From: Chlamydiia bacterium
GTDB lineage: Bacteria > Chlamydiota > Chlamydiia > Chlamydiales > 2-12-FULL-49-11
Direction: 5' to 3'
Length of the DNA: 64,000 bases
Assembly: GCA_022601435.1 (NCBI GenBank)
Contig: JAJACQ010000020.1
Coordinates: forward strand, 85,535 to 149,534
Shown here: positions 44,201 through 53,937 of the stretch, one piece after another
Position numbering within the stretch: position 1 is the first letter of the stretch
How the letters are laid out: the number at the start of each line of letters is the position of its first letter
Notes under the pieces: model-generated
The model's database searches: none
What the model was told of the DNA's origin: nothing
Seen by the model: only the letters and a program-made list of their open reading frames with translations
Program-made: the position numbers and the translations under genes

Positions 44201-45861
44201 ACGTTATATTGTCTTAGAATATTCCCAAGACTTAAGATGTCTGTATAGGCAACAGAATTTTCATCACTGTACTCGCCGGTTGATAAATTTTGATAAAGCC
44301 TTAAAAGATCTTTTGCGATTATATAGATTGAGCCATTATTAAAACCTCTATTTGCATGACCTTTTAAGAGAGGAGAATATAGAACCAAGGAGAAGTGCTT
44401 ATCTTGAGCGTCTAATGAATTAAATGTTTCCCAATCTAGAACACTGTAGTTTTCTTTTGAAAGGGTTTCTGAGTTCCTGGTCCACTTTGAATTAATGTGT
44501 TTCTTTAAAGAGGAAAGCCTTTGAGAGGCTACTTCCTTTAGATCAAATTTTAATAGACTTTGCGCGTTATTTAAACCAGATAAATCAACAATAAATTGAT
44601 GGTTCTCTCTTTGAACTTTTTCATTAGCAAAGCGCTTTACTTTAGCGATTTCATCATAGATAAGTTGATTTATTTTCCTTTGATTAATCGCATCAGAAGT
44701 GTCTAAGAAATTTTTTAGCGAATCATTGATGTTAATTGAGATGCTTTTTTCTTTATAATCGATCAAAAGAGAAGAAATAACAGGATTTATAGACCCTGTG
44801 GACAGGGTAAAATCATTTTTGTTTTCTATTTTTTTATTCTTTAGCTCTACTGCAAAATCTGTAAATGGAACAACTTCTTGTTTACTCCCAATCCATTGAT
44901 TATTTTGTAAATAAGAAAGTGCTTCTAGCAAGATAGCTTCTTTACGCTCAATTGCTTTAATAGCTATTACTTCAGGGATTTGTTGATCAGTTGCATCTAA
45001 ATTATCTTTTTCAATCTGCTCTTTTATAGTGATTTTTTCATTTAAAAGAAGATCTCTACTTGTTTGAAATCCTTTAACACATTCGTGATAGAGAACATCT
45101 GGTTTTGTATATTTAGATCTAAAGAGATGGGATACGAACTTTTTTTGTAGGGATGAGTTATTTTCAAATAATTTTTTATAGTGAAGAAGTGATTCTGCAA
45201 CGACCATAAAGAAAGGCGTTTTTTGATTTGCTGGGATATCACTAAAAGATTTTTCTATGTTAGAAGCTTCTGTACTTTCATGGGTAAGTGCATTTGCTAC
45301 AGAAAGCACTCTATCATCAAGGATATCTCTATAATCGTTTGTTATAGAGCCTTTGTCGTCATGCATTTTTACAAATGAAAAATAATTTTTAAGCTCTTTA
45401 AGGTTAAAATGAATTGGTATTTCTCTTTTTAATGAGACTGTTTTTAAATCCATGTCTTCATATGAAGAAGCGGTAGGATCTTCATTTGCAAAGGGTACCA
45501 TTCTTTTAGGGAAGAAAGGAATTAAGTTTCCAGCTCTATTCATATGAGCTTTAAACTTTTTTGCCTCTTTTTCTGACCCAAATGAGACAGAGATAAGATC
45601 AGGAGTTTTATTATTTAAAGAAATTTTTGTTGGTTTTACATTAAGAAGACTGCAGTAGGAATGAATCCATGAAATGGACTCATCTTCTAATTTGTTGACT
45701 CGGACGCTAATTTCTTTAGCGATTTTCAAACCACGTTTTTCATCTATAGGAGCTTTTAAATCATTACTATAAAAGAAAAGCGTAGGTAATATGTTATATA
45801 GAGTCAGTGCTGATACAGCAAGGATAATGAAAAGAGATCGTTGTTTGTTTTTAGTTTTCAT
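41263..45861 (-). CDS. secDF: fused protein-export membrane protein SecD/SecF with a very large periplasmic insertion
   Basis: 1532 aa. Two 6-TM SecD/SecF-type modules ([25 protein letters not shown] and [17 protein letters not shown]), preceded by about 900 aa of extracytoplasmic sequence. This architecture is characteristic of chlamydial SecDF. Confidence 0.9.
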   Translation of the reverse strand: [1532 protein letters not shown]

Positions 45862-46085
45862 CTACAATAGTCCCTGAAAAGTAATATAAAAGAAAGAGTT
45901 TATTAGATTTTGTAAGAATTGTCAATAACCCATCCTCATTTGATTCATTAAGATCAAGGTTCTGAAACTTTCAGGAAAGACAAAAGAATTTTAGATAAGC
46001 TAAATACTTCTAGTTGGTTTGAAGAGAATATTCTAGTAAAGAATATGATTTGTTGTTATATTTGGAAGAACTTTTTAAGGAAACT

Positions 46086-46832
46086 ATGAACGAGATGCTT
46101 TGTAAGAGCCGTGATCTATTAAAGAAGGGTCAAAAGAATCAAGGGCCTTACCATGTTGCGATTATCATGGATGGCAATCGACGGTTTGCAAAAAAAGAGA
46201 ACTTGCAAACAGAAGAAGGGCATCTTGCAGGTGCAAAAAATCTTTTGAAGATCACAGAAGCTGCTCTTTTACTTGATATAAAAGTTTTAACGGTGTTTGC
46301 CTTTTCTACAGAAAATTGGCTTCGAAGCGATCCTGAAATTCAATCATTATTTCATTTATTTGAGCTTTATTTAATGAAAATGAGACCTCTTTTGATTGAA
46401 AATAATATTAGACTATCAACGATTGGTGACATTTCGCCCTTTCCGATGTCTCTTAAGACAATATTATTTGAGGTAAAGAATGCTACAAAGGATGGCCGAG
46501 CTTTAGAGCTTGTTTTAGCAATCAATTATGGGGGGCGGGATGATATGACTCGCGCTGTGCGTTCTATTGTAAAAGATATCGAATCTAAAAAAATTGATGA
46601 AACAGAGATTTCAGAAGAGTTAATTGCTAAATATTTAGATACAGCTAACTGGCCCGATCCAGATCTTTTAATTAGAACAAGTGGAGAGCAAAGGGTGAGT
46701 AATTTCTTATTGTGGCAAATATCTTATACTGAGATTTTTGTTGCAAAAACCCTTTGGCCTGAATTTACAGTGGAATTGTTTGAAAAAGCGATTGAAACTT
46801 ACAAAGAGAGAAATAAAAGATTGGGAGCTTGA
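46086..46832 (+). CDS. uppS: undecaprenyl diphosphate synthase
   Basis: HVAIIMDGNRRFAKK, FAFSTENW and RTSGEQRVSNFLLWQ motifs. Start set to ATG 46086 after AAGGA; the ORF track begins at a TTG at 46050. Confidence 0.9.
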   Translation: MNEMLCKSRDLLKKGQKNQGPYHVAIIMDGNRRFAKKENLQTEEGHLAGAKNLLKITEAALLLDIKVLTVFAFSTENWLRSDPEIQSLFHLFELYLMKMRPLLIENNIRLSTIGDISPFPMSLKTILFEVKNATKDGRALELVLAINYGGRDDMTRAVRSIVKDIESKKIDETEISEELIAKYLDTANWPDPDLLIRTSGEQRVSNFLLWQISYTEIFVAKTLWPEFTVELFEKAIETYKERNKRLGA

Positions 46833-46835
46833 AGT

Positions 46836-47699
46836 ATGGAAAAATTTGCTGATTTAAAAAAACGATTTATATTTTCAGTTTGTGCAATTGCATTTTTTAC
46901 TGTTTTTGTGTTCTTTTCCCAACATATTATTGTTAAGCTTTTTGTCTTTGCAATTGCATCAGTAATTGGAGTTTGGGCTATATGGGAATATGTTGCATTT
47001 TTAAAAACAAAGATGGTTGATCTTCCTTTTAAGATGATGGCAACATTTACTGTTTTGTTGATTTGCTCAAATGGTTTGCAGATGTTTGATGTTTCCTTAT
47101 ATGGGATAAATCAAATAATGCTTGCGTTGTTTGTATTTTCTATATTCCTTTATTACTTTTCAAAGGTAGAAGGAGCAATTGTTAGTATATCAACGTGCTT
47201 TTTTGGAATATGTTATATTTTAGTTCCTATTAGCCTGATGGTAAGAATTTTATATCCTGAAACAATCATCTCTATACCAATTAATGGTAGATTATGGCTT
47301 GCCTATCTTTTGATAGTAACAAAAATCACAGATATTGGCGGCTATTTCTTGGGGACACGATGGGGAAAAACTAAGATTGCTCCGCGGATTTCTCCAGGAA
47401 AAACTATTGTAGGGGCTTTTGGAGGTCTTGTTTTTGCTCTATTAACTAGTTTAGTCTTTTTTTTAATTTCCTATTTCTTTCCAACTATTGGTTTTCATTT
47501 AACGTTTGCCCAAGCAATCATACTAGGAGCGCTACTCGGGATATTTGGTCAAATTGGAGATTTGGCTGAGTCGTTGTTAAAAAGAGATGCTAAGGTTAAA
47601 GATAGTAATAAAATGCCTGGTTTTGGCGGCGTATTAGATAGTTTAGATTCTCTTTTATTTACGGCCCCAATAGTGTATACTTTTATAAAAAGCATGTGA
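46836..47699 (+). CDS. cdsA: phosphatidate cytidylyltransferase (CDP-diglyceride synthase)
   Basis: Multi-TM protein with the CdsA signature ...ISPGKTIVGAFGG... and GDLAESLLKRDAKVKDSNKMPGFGGVLDSLDS. Confidence 0.85.
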   Translation: MEKFADLKKRFIFSVCAIAFFTVFVFFSQHIIVKLFVFAIASVIGVWAIWEYVAFLKTKMVDLPFKMMATFTVLLICSNGLQMFDVSLYGINQIMLALFVFSIFLYYFSKVEGAIVSISTCFFGICYILVPISLMVRILYPETIISIPINGRLWLAYLLIVTKITDIGGYFLGTRWGKTKIAPRISPGKTIVGAFGGLVFALLTSLVFFLISYFFPTIGFHLTFAQAIILGALLGIFGQIGDLAESLLKRDAKVKDSNKMPGFGGVLDSLDSLLFTAPIVYTFIKSM

Positions 47700-47703
47700 T
47701 GAT

Positions 47704-49056
47704 ATGGAAAAATGTATACAGATAACAATCGATGGCCCTTCTGCATCTGGTAAATCGACTGTAGCAAAGAAAATTGCTAAAAAACTAGGTTTTACTCATT
47801 TAGATACAGGAGCAATCTATAGAGCTATTGCGCTTTTCTATAAACAAGAGAATTTACTTGATGCTTCAGACAAAGAGCAAGAAGATGCCTTAGATAGATT
47901 TTCTTATTATTTTATTGGGAAGCTTGATGATAAGCATCACTATTTAGATGGTCAAGATGTAACTGAAAAGTTAAGAAGCCGTGAGGTCACGGAGCTTTCA
48001 TCGACGATCTCTACAAAAGAGTTTGTAAGAGATTTTGCTACAAGAATGCAGCGAGTTTTTTCTCAGGATGAAAACATTGTTGTTGAAGGAAGAGATACGG
48101 GATCTGTAGTGTTTCCAGAGGCAAGCTTAAAGTTTTATTTGGATGCTGACCCGATTGAAAGAGCAAAGAGGCGTTTTTTAGAATTAAAAGAAAAAAGAGG
48201 TTATGAGTCATTAACTAAAGATGAAATCTCAGATGATATCACAAAAAGAGATCAACGAGACAAAGAAAGAGAGCTCTCTCCTTTAATTTGCCCGAAAGGT
48301 GCTATGCATATCGATACGACTAAATTATCAGTACAAGAAATTGTTGATACAATGGTTAACAAAGCTAAAAAAAAGAAGTATCCAAAGTCCTTTTCTAGCC
48401 GTTACTTTTTAACCTATAAAGGAAAAAAATGCTCATTTCTATATCTTTTGACAAAGTTTTGTGCTTGGATTTATTTTAAGGTCTTTCATCGGTTTGAAAT
48501 GCATGGTGCAGAAAATATTCCATTAAACGCGCCAGCAATAATAGCCGCTAATCATGTTTCTGTTTTGGATCCACCTCTTATAGGGATAACTGCTCCAGAT
48601 GTCATTTATGGTCTTGGAAAAAAAGCTTTATTTAACTCTAAGATAACTAAGTATTGGCTTACAAAAATTAATGCGTATCCAGTTTCAGGTGGGGTTGGTG
48701 ATCGTGATATGATGAGAAAGGTTGTTATGCTTTTGCTTAAAGGTCAGAAGGTAATGATTTTTCCTGAAGGGACAAGAAGTAATGAATTAGTTGTAAAACC
48801 TCTTAAAAAAGGACTTGCCCTCTTTGCAGATAAAGGAAACGCATTGACAATCCCAACTGCTGTAATTGGTACAGAAAAAGTATTGCCGAAGAACGCAAAG
48901 TTTCCGAGATTATTTAAGAAGGTAAAGGTGATTTATGGCCCTCCTATCTCACTTGCAGAAATACATAAAGAGATTGGGGATAAAAAAAGAGCAAAAGAAA
49001 TCTTTCTAGAAAGAGTTAGAGAGGCTATACAAAAATTAATCGACAAACATAAATAA
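47704..49056 (+). CDS. cmk-plsC: fusion protein: cytidylate kinase (N-terminal) plus 1-acyl-sn-glycerol-3-phosphate acyltransferase (C-terminal)
   Basis: N-terminal half: ITIDGPSASGKSTVAKKIAKKLGFTHLDTGAIYRA and EGRDTGSVVFP (Cmk). C-terminal half: NHVSVLD (the H.{4}D acyltransferase motif) and FPEGTRS (PlsC). One uninterrupted 450-aa frame. Confidence 0.85.
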   Translation: MEKCIQITIDGPSASGKSTVAKKIAKKLGFTHLDTGAIYRAIALFYKQENLLDASDKEQEDALDRFSYYFIGKLDDKHHYLDGQDVTEKLRSREVTELSSTISTKEFVRDFATRMQRVFSQDENIVVEGRDTGSVVFPEASLKFYLDADPIERAKRRFLELKEKRGYESLTKDEISDDITKRDQRDKERELSPLICPKGAMHIDTTKLSVQEIVDTMVNKAKKKKYPKSFSSRYFLTYKGKKCSFLYLLTKFCAWIYFKVFHRFEMHGAENIPLNAPAIIAANHVSVLDPPLIGITAPDVIYGLGKKALFNSKITKYWLTKINAYPVSGGVGDRDMMRKVVMLLLKGQKVMIFPEGTRSNELVVKPLKKGLALFADKGNALTIPTAVIGTEKVLPKNAKFPRLFKKVKVIYGPPISLAEIHKEIGDKKRAKEIFLERVREAIQKLIDKHK

Positions 49057-49067
49057 GAGGAGAAAAA

Positions 49068-49376
49068 ATGGCAGTTCAAGAATTAAATCAAGAAGGATTT
49101 GAACAAGCAGTAAAATCAGAAATCGTTGTAGTTGTAGACTTTTACGCAGAATGGTGTGGACCTTGTAAAATGTTAAAGCCTATTTTAGAGGAAGTGTCAT
49201 CGGAAGGGGTTATTGTTTACTCTGTAAATGTAGATGACAATAAGGAGCTTGCAGCTAAGTACCAGGTATCTTCTATACCGACAGTTCTACTTTTCAAAGG
49301 TGGTAAGCAAGTTGATCAATTTGTAGGTGTAAAAGAAAAAGAAGACATTATGGCTCTTGTTTCTAAAAGCTCATAA
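49068..49376 (+). CDS. trxA: thioredoxin
   Basis: 102 aa with the WCGPCK active site and a GAGGAG SD upstream. Confidence 0.92.
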   Translation: MAVQELNQEGFEQAVKSEIVVVVDFYAEWCGPCKMLKPILEEVSSEGVIVYSVNVDDNKELAAKYQVSSIPTVLLFKGGKQVDQFVGVKEKEDIMALVSKSS

Positions 49377-49396
49377 TAAGTTATCACAATTTATTT

Positions 49397-49858
49397 CTAT
49401 AAAGAAATAAGTTTAAAGTCTTGTTGCCTGAGACCTTCGTAAGCTACAATAGATACTGAGTTTGCTAAATTCAGGCAACGAGCTCCATGATGCATCGGAA
49501 TAGTATAAAAATCTTTGCTATATTCTTCATGGATATTTTTCGGAAGACCTTTGGTCTCACTTCCAAATATCAACATTCCATCTTTATCAATGTCTGCAGA
49601 ATGAATACCTTTGCTTGCCTTGCTAGAAAGAAAATATTTCTTACGCTCTGAGAACTTTTTAAGATAATCATCTAATGAGTCTATTGTTTGAATTTCTACA
49701 TCTTCGTGATAATCAAGACCTGCTCTTCGTAGTCTTTTTTCAGAAAGGGTAAAACCAAGTGGTTTTACAAGAGTGAGTTTACATTTTGTAGCTTTGCAGA
49801 GCCTGATAATATTCCCAGTATTTTGGGGTATTACAGGCTCAAAGAGAATGATTTCCAT
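49397..49858 (-). CDS. trmL: tRNA (cytidine/uridine-2'-O-)-methyltransferase TrmL (SpoU/TrmH family)
   Basis: 153 aa. The IILFEPVIPQNTGNIIRLC...LVKPLGF...RRAGLDYH pattern is typical of YibK/TrmL. Confidence 0.85.
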   Translation of the reverse strand: MEIILFEPVIPQNTGNIIRLCKATKCKLTLVKPLGFTLSEKRLRRAGLDYHEDVEIQTIDSLDDYLKKFSERKKYFLSSKASKGIHSADIDKDGMLIFGSETKGLPKNIHEEYSKDFYTIPMHHGARCLNLANSVSIVAYEGLRQQDFKLISL

Positions 49859-50668
49859 TTATTTTACAACTTCGCGTGAAAGCTGTGCATCTAGAGCAAA
49901 TGTATCGTTACCAGGAAGGTCTTTCATTTCAGAAAGCTCATCATTTACTTTTGAAGGCTCTTCCATTCCTGTTAACTCAATTTCAAATGTTAATAAAGCG
50001 TTAGGAGCAAGACTGCTATTTACGCCATATCCTAGTTCAGGGTGAATGTAAACTTCACGCTTTTCTCCAATCTTCATTCCTACGATTGATTTTCTAAACC
50101 CTTCGATAGTTTCATTTAAGGCAATAGGTTCTGCTTTTTCTGAATGCCCGAAAACTTCACCGCTTAGGTATTTACCTTTATAGTTGATGATAGGTGTATC
50201 GTTTTCTTTACACTCTTTTCCTGAGCCTTTAGCGATTTGTTTATACTGAAGCTTGCCTTTTTCTAGCTCAACAACATTTTTATTTGATTTATTTGTTGAT
50301 AAGAAAGCTTCGGCAGCTTTTAAGTTTGATTCACATTCATTCTTAAACTTACGCTCTTGCATTGCTGTGATCATTTCTATTGTTTGTGAGTCTTCTAGAG
50401 GTGATGAAACACCTTCGAAGGCGTTTTGGATTCCTTGTAGAATCTGAGAATTATCAAGTTCTAAGCCAATTGAATTTAAGTTTTGACCAATCATATGACC
50501 GTAAGCTTGAGAAAGAAGCTTGATGTCTTTTTCTGTAAGTTCTGCTTTTTCTGATTCATTTAACTTTTCTTTAGAAACTTTGTTCTCTTCTTTAGAAATC
50601 TCTTTAGCATAAACATTACCAGTTAATAACATGATGCTAGAAAGAGTTAAGGTAAATAGGTATAACAT
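49859..50668 (-). CDS. mip: Mip-like FKBP-type peptidyl-prolyl isomerase
   Basis: Signal peptide, long helical N-terminal domain, and an FKBP C-terminus (INYKGKYLSGEVFGHS, GMKIGEKREVYIHPELGYG, LLTFEIEL). Confidence 0.85.
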   Translation of the reverse strand: MLYLFTLTLSSIMLLTGNVYAKEISKEENKVSKEKLNESEKAELTEKDIKLLSQAYGHMIGQNLNSIGLELDNSQILQGIQNAFEGVSSPLEDSQTIEMITAMQERKFKNECESNLKAAEAFLSTNKSNKNVVELEKGKLQYKQIAKGSGKECKENDTPIINYKGKYLSGEVFGHSEKAEPIALNETIEGFRKSIVGMKIGEKREVYIHPELGYGVNSSLAPNALLTFEIELTGMEEPSKVNDELSEMKDLPGNDTFALDAQLSREVVK

Positions 50669-50745
50669 TTGTGTCTCCTGTGTTAATGTACTACTTTACT
50701 GACTTTTTCTTTATTATCCAAGGCTTTTATTCACAGTTATTGATA

Positions 50746-52533
50746 TTATTTTATAGCTAGTAATTTTCTTTTTTCTATAAATAATTCTTCTAATTGCTTG
50801 TTACTAACAATCGAAGGGCAATCCATCATTAAATCTGCCGCTTTTTGAGTCTTTGGAAATGCAATGACATCTTTAATAGAAGCAGCGTTAGTTAAAAGCA
50901 TCATTATGCGATCGAGTCCGAATGCGATTCCTCCATGAGGGGGAGCTCCGTATGTCAGAGCCTTTGTCAAGAATCCAAATTTTTCTTCGATCTCTTCTTC
51001 TGATAGATTTAAAAGACCAAAAATTTTCTTTTGCAGGTCTGAGCTGTGAATACGGATTGATCCACCACCTAATTCTGCTCCATTTAAAACAAGATCATAA
51101 GCGTTGGATCTAACTTTTAAAGGATCTGAATCAAGAAGGGGGATATCTTCTTTAAGAGGAGATGTGAAAGGATGATGGACTGATGTTAGTTGCTTGGTGT
51201 CTTTATCTAGTTCAAAAAGAGGGAAGTCTGTAACCCATAAAAATTGAAGTTCATCTTTATCTATTAAGTTCATCTTGTCAGCAATATGTCTTCTTAAATG
51301 GTCTAATGCCTGCTGAACAACATCCTTTTTGGCTGCTGCAAAAAGAATTAAATCTCCAGTTTTAGAGTCACATGTAGAAATCAAGTCTTCTTGGCATGAT
51401 TCATCAAAGAATTTAACGATATTTGATGTTAAGCCTTCATCAGAATGCTTCATCCAAGCAAGACCTGCTAAACCAAACTGTCTTGTAAATGTTGTCAATT
51501 CGTCAATCTCTCTTCTTGAAAGCTTAGATCCATTAGGAACGCAAATTGCTCTGATAATATGCTGTTGCTCTAATGCTGAATGAAAGATTGAAAAAGATGA
51601 TCTTTTGGCGATCTCTTCAACATTAATGAACTCCATGCCGAATCTAAGGTCTGGTCTATCTGTTCCATATTTTTCCATACAGTCATTATGGGAATAACGA
51701 TCAAAAGGTTGATTCAAATCAATACCTTTACACTCTTTCCAAAGCTTTTTGTATAAACCTTCAGTCATCGAGATGATATCTTCTTGAGAGTTAAAGCTCA
51801 TCTCAATGTCTACTTGAGTAAATTCAGGCTGTCTGTCTGCTCTTAAGTCTTCGTCTCTAAAACATCTGGCAATTTGAAAATAGCGATCCATTCCTGAAAT
51901 CATCAAAAGTTGTTTGTATATTTGAGGCGATTGAGGAAGTGCATAAAAATGATGAGGGTGTACTCTTGAAGGGACCACATAATCGCGAGCTCCTTCTGGA
52001 GTAGATTTTGTTAAAATCGGCGTTTCAACTTCTGCAAACTCAAGGTCAGTTAAATAAGATCTGATAATATTTGTTGCTTTTGAGCGCATAAGAAGGATAT
52101 CTTTGATTTCCTTTCTTCTTATGTCAAGATAGCGATACTTTCCTCGAAGTTCTTCCTGTACATCGATCTTTTCATCAGCAATAGAAAAAGGAGGGGTAGG
52201 GCAAGTTGATTCAACTGTTAAAGATGTGATCTCTACTTCAATTTCACCTGTAAATAGATTTGGATTAGTCATTCCTTCTGCGCGGTTTCTGACTTTGCCT
52301 GAAACTGAAATAACCCATTCACTTCGTAATCGATCTGCTTCTTGGTGAGCGTTTTGATCAATTGTGGGGTCAAAAACAATTTGAGTAATTCCAAAACGAT
52401 CTCTTAGGTCAATGAAAATAAGACCTCCGTGATCACGGCGTCTATTTACCCATCCACAGAGAGTGACCTGTTTGCCAGCGTCTTTTTTAGTCAGTTCTTT
52501 TAAATGATGAGTGCGATAAGTTGTCTTTAACAT
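50746..52533 (-). CDS. aspS: aspartyl-tRNA synthetase
   Basis: OB-fold N-terminus (GWVNRRRDHGGLIFIDLRD). Class II motifs FYALPQSPQ, FQIARCFRDEDLRADRQPEFTQ and GGIAFGLDR. Confidence 0.95.
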   Translation of the reverse strand: MLKTTYRTHHLKELTKKDAGKQVTLCGWVNRRRDHGGLIFIDLRDRFGITQIVFDPTIDQNAHQEADRLRSEWVISVSGKVRNRAEGMTNPNLFTGEIEVEITSLTVESTCPTPPFSIADEKIDVQEELRGKYRYLDIRRKEIKDILLMRSKATNIIRSYLTDLEFAEVETPILTKSTPEGARDYVVPSRVHPHHFYALPQSPQIYKQLLMISGMDRYFQIARCFRDEDLRADRQPEFTQVDIEMSFNSQEDIISMTEGLYKKLWKECKGIDLNQPFDRYSHNDCMEKYGTDRPDLRFGMEFINVEEIAKRSSFSIFHSALEQQHIIRAICVPNGSKLSRREIDELTTFTRQFGLAGLAWMKHSDEGLTSNIVKFFDESCQEDLISTCDSKTGDLILFAAAKKDVVQQALDHLRRHIADKMNLIDKDELQFLWVTDFPLFELDKDTKQLTSVHHPFTSPLKEDIPLLDSDPLKVRSNAYDLVLNGAELGGGSIRIHSSDLQKKIFGLLNLSEEEIEEKFGFLTKALTYGAPPHGGIAFGLDRIMMLLTNAASIKDVIAFPKTQKAADLMMDCPSIVSNKQLEELFIEKRKLLAIK

Positions 52534-52551
52534 AATGATCTAGCTATCCTT

Positions 52552-53859
52552 TTAGCTTTGCATTGCTAAAGTAGAGCCTGTCAGAGAGACAAGCCAAGAT
52601 TCTAATTCTTTAAAAGGGATTGATTTTTCTTCTCTTAAAGTTAAATCCTTTACTTTACAAATGCCCTTGGTTAGTTCGTCTTTCCCTAAGATAATAGCAT
52701 ATTGAGCATTTTTTTGGGCAGCTTTCTTTAGAGCTGATTTGATAGAAATGCCTTCATGGAGATGGGCAGATGCATCATTTTTTCGGACAAAATCAAGAGG
52801 TTTTAGTAAATTATTTCTACATTCTTCATCAAGACCAATGAAATAAAATTTTAATGGAGCAGCTTTTGGTATTTCAATGTTTTCTTCTAGTAGATACTGA
52901 ATAGTTCTTTCAAGACCTAGAGCAAACCCAATCCCAGGAAGATCCTTGCCTCCTAAAGCTTTAACTAGTCCTGAATAAACACCACCGCCTCCGAGTGTGT
53001 TTTGAGCAGAAGCATCGTCTTCTCTGATCAACTCAAAAACAGTGTCAGTATAATAATCTAAGCCTCTTACTAACTTATGGTCAATTTTGTAAGAAACACC
53101 AATCTCATCAAGGCCTTTTAAAACTTGTTCAAAATGATTTTTGGAGTCCTCGTTGATAAAATCTAAAATATTTGGAGCGGTTACAATAATTTTCTTGTCG
53201 TTTTCATCCTTTGAATCCAGGATTCTTAAAGGATTGGTCTCTAATCGTCTTTTACTATCTTCTGATAATTGATCTTTCTTGCTCGAAAGAAAAGATACGA
53301 GTTCTTCACTATATTTTTTGCGGCATTCGGGCGATCCAATTGAGTTGATAAGAAGAGTTGTTTTTTTGATTCCAAGGTCTTCAAAGAAATGGATAAGCAT
53401 ACTGATAACTTCAACATCTATTAAAGGATCTTTGACACCGATTACTTCAATGCCGAATTGATTAAATTGACGATAACGACCTTTTTGAGCGCGATCATAA
53501 CGGTAACACGGGCCTTTATAAAAAAGTTTCGAGACCTTTTCTTCCATCCCACCATTTTCAATATAAGCTCTAATTGCAGGAGCGGTGAGTTCTGGGCGAA
53601 GAGAAAGTGAGCGGCCCTTTTTATCTAAAAAAGTATACATCTCTTTGCTGACAATATCGCTTTCTTCACCAGAGGATCTAGTAAAAACTTCAGTATATTC
53701 AAAAGAAGGCGTGGAGAGTTCTTCAAAGCCATAAAGCTTTGTTATTTTAGAAATCGTTTCATAGACATAAGACCAAATCTGAGGATCTTGCCAGGACTCT
53801 TTTGATCTTGGGTAAAGATCGTAGCAGCCTTTTACACGTTTTTTTAACATAGGATCCAT
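52552..53859 (-). CDS. hisS: histidyl-tRNA synthetase
   Basis: Class II motifs LRPELTAP, CYRYDRAQKGRYRQFNQ and GFALGLER, plus a C-terminal anticodon-binding domain. Confidence 0.9.
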   Translation of the reverse strand: MDPMLKKRVKGCYDLYPRSKESWQDPQIWSYVYETISKITKLYGFEELSTPSFEYTEVFTRSSGEESDIVSKEMYTFLDKKGRSLSLRPELTAPAIRAYIENGGMEEKVSKLFYKGPCYRYDRAQKGRYRQFNQFGIEVIGVKDPLIDVEVISMLIHFFEDLGIKKTTLLINSIGSPECRKKYSEELVSFLSSKKDQLSEDSKRRLETNPLRILDSKDENDKKIIVTAPNILDFINEDSKNHFEQVLKGLDEIGVSYKIDHKLVRGLDYYTDTVFELIREDDASAQNTLGGGGVYSGLVKALGGKDLPGIGFALGLERTIQYLLEENIEIPKAAPLKFYFIGLDEECRNNLLKPLDFVRKNDASAHLHEGISIKSALKKAAQKNAQYAIILGKDELTKGICKVKDLTLREEKSIPFKELESWLVSLTGSTLAMQS

Positions 53860-53937
53860 TGTATTTTAAAAAATGAAAAGTGTAAAGAGCGTTTTTAGCC
53901 TTACTTGACTTTGTTGAATCACATCTTTTGGAAAAAA

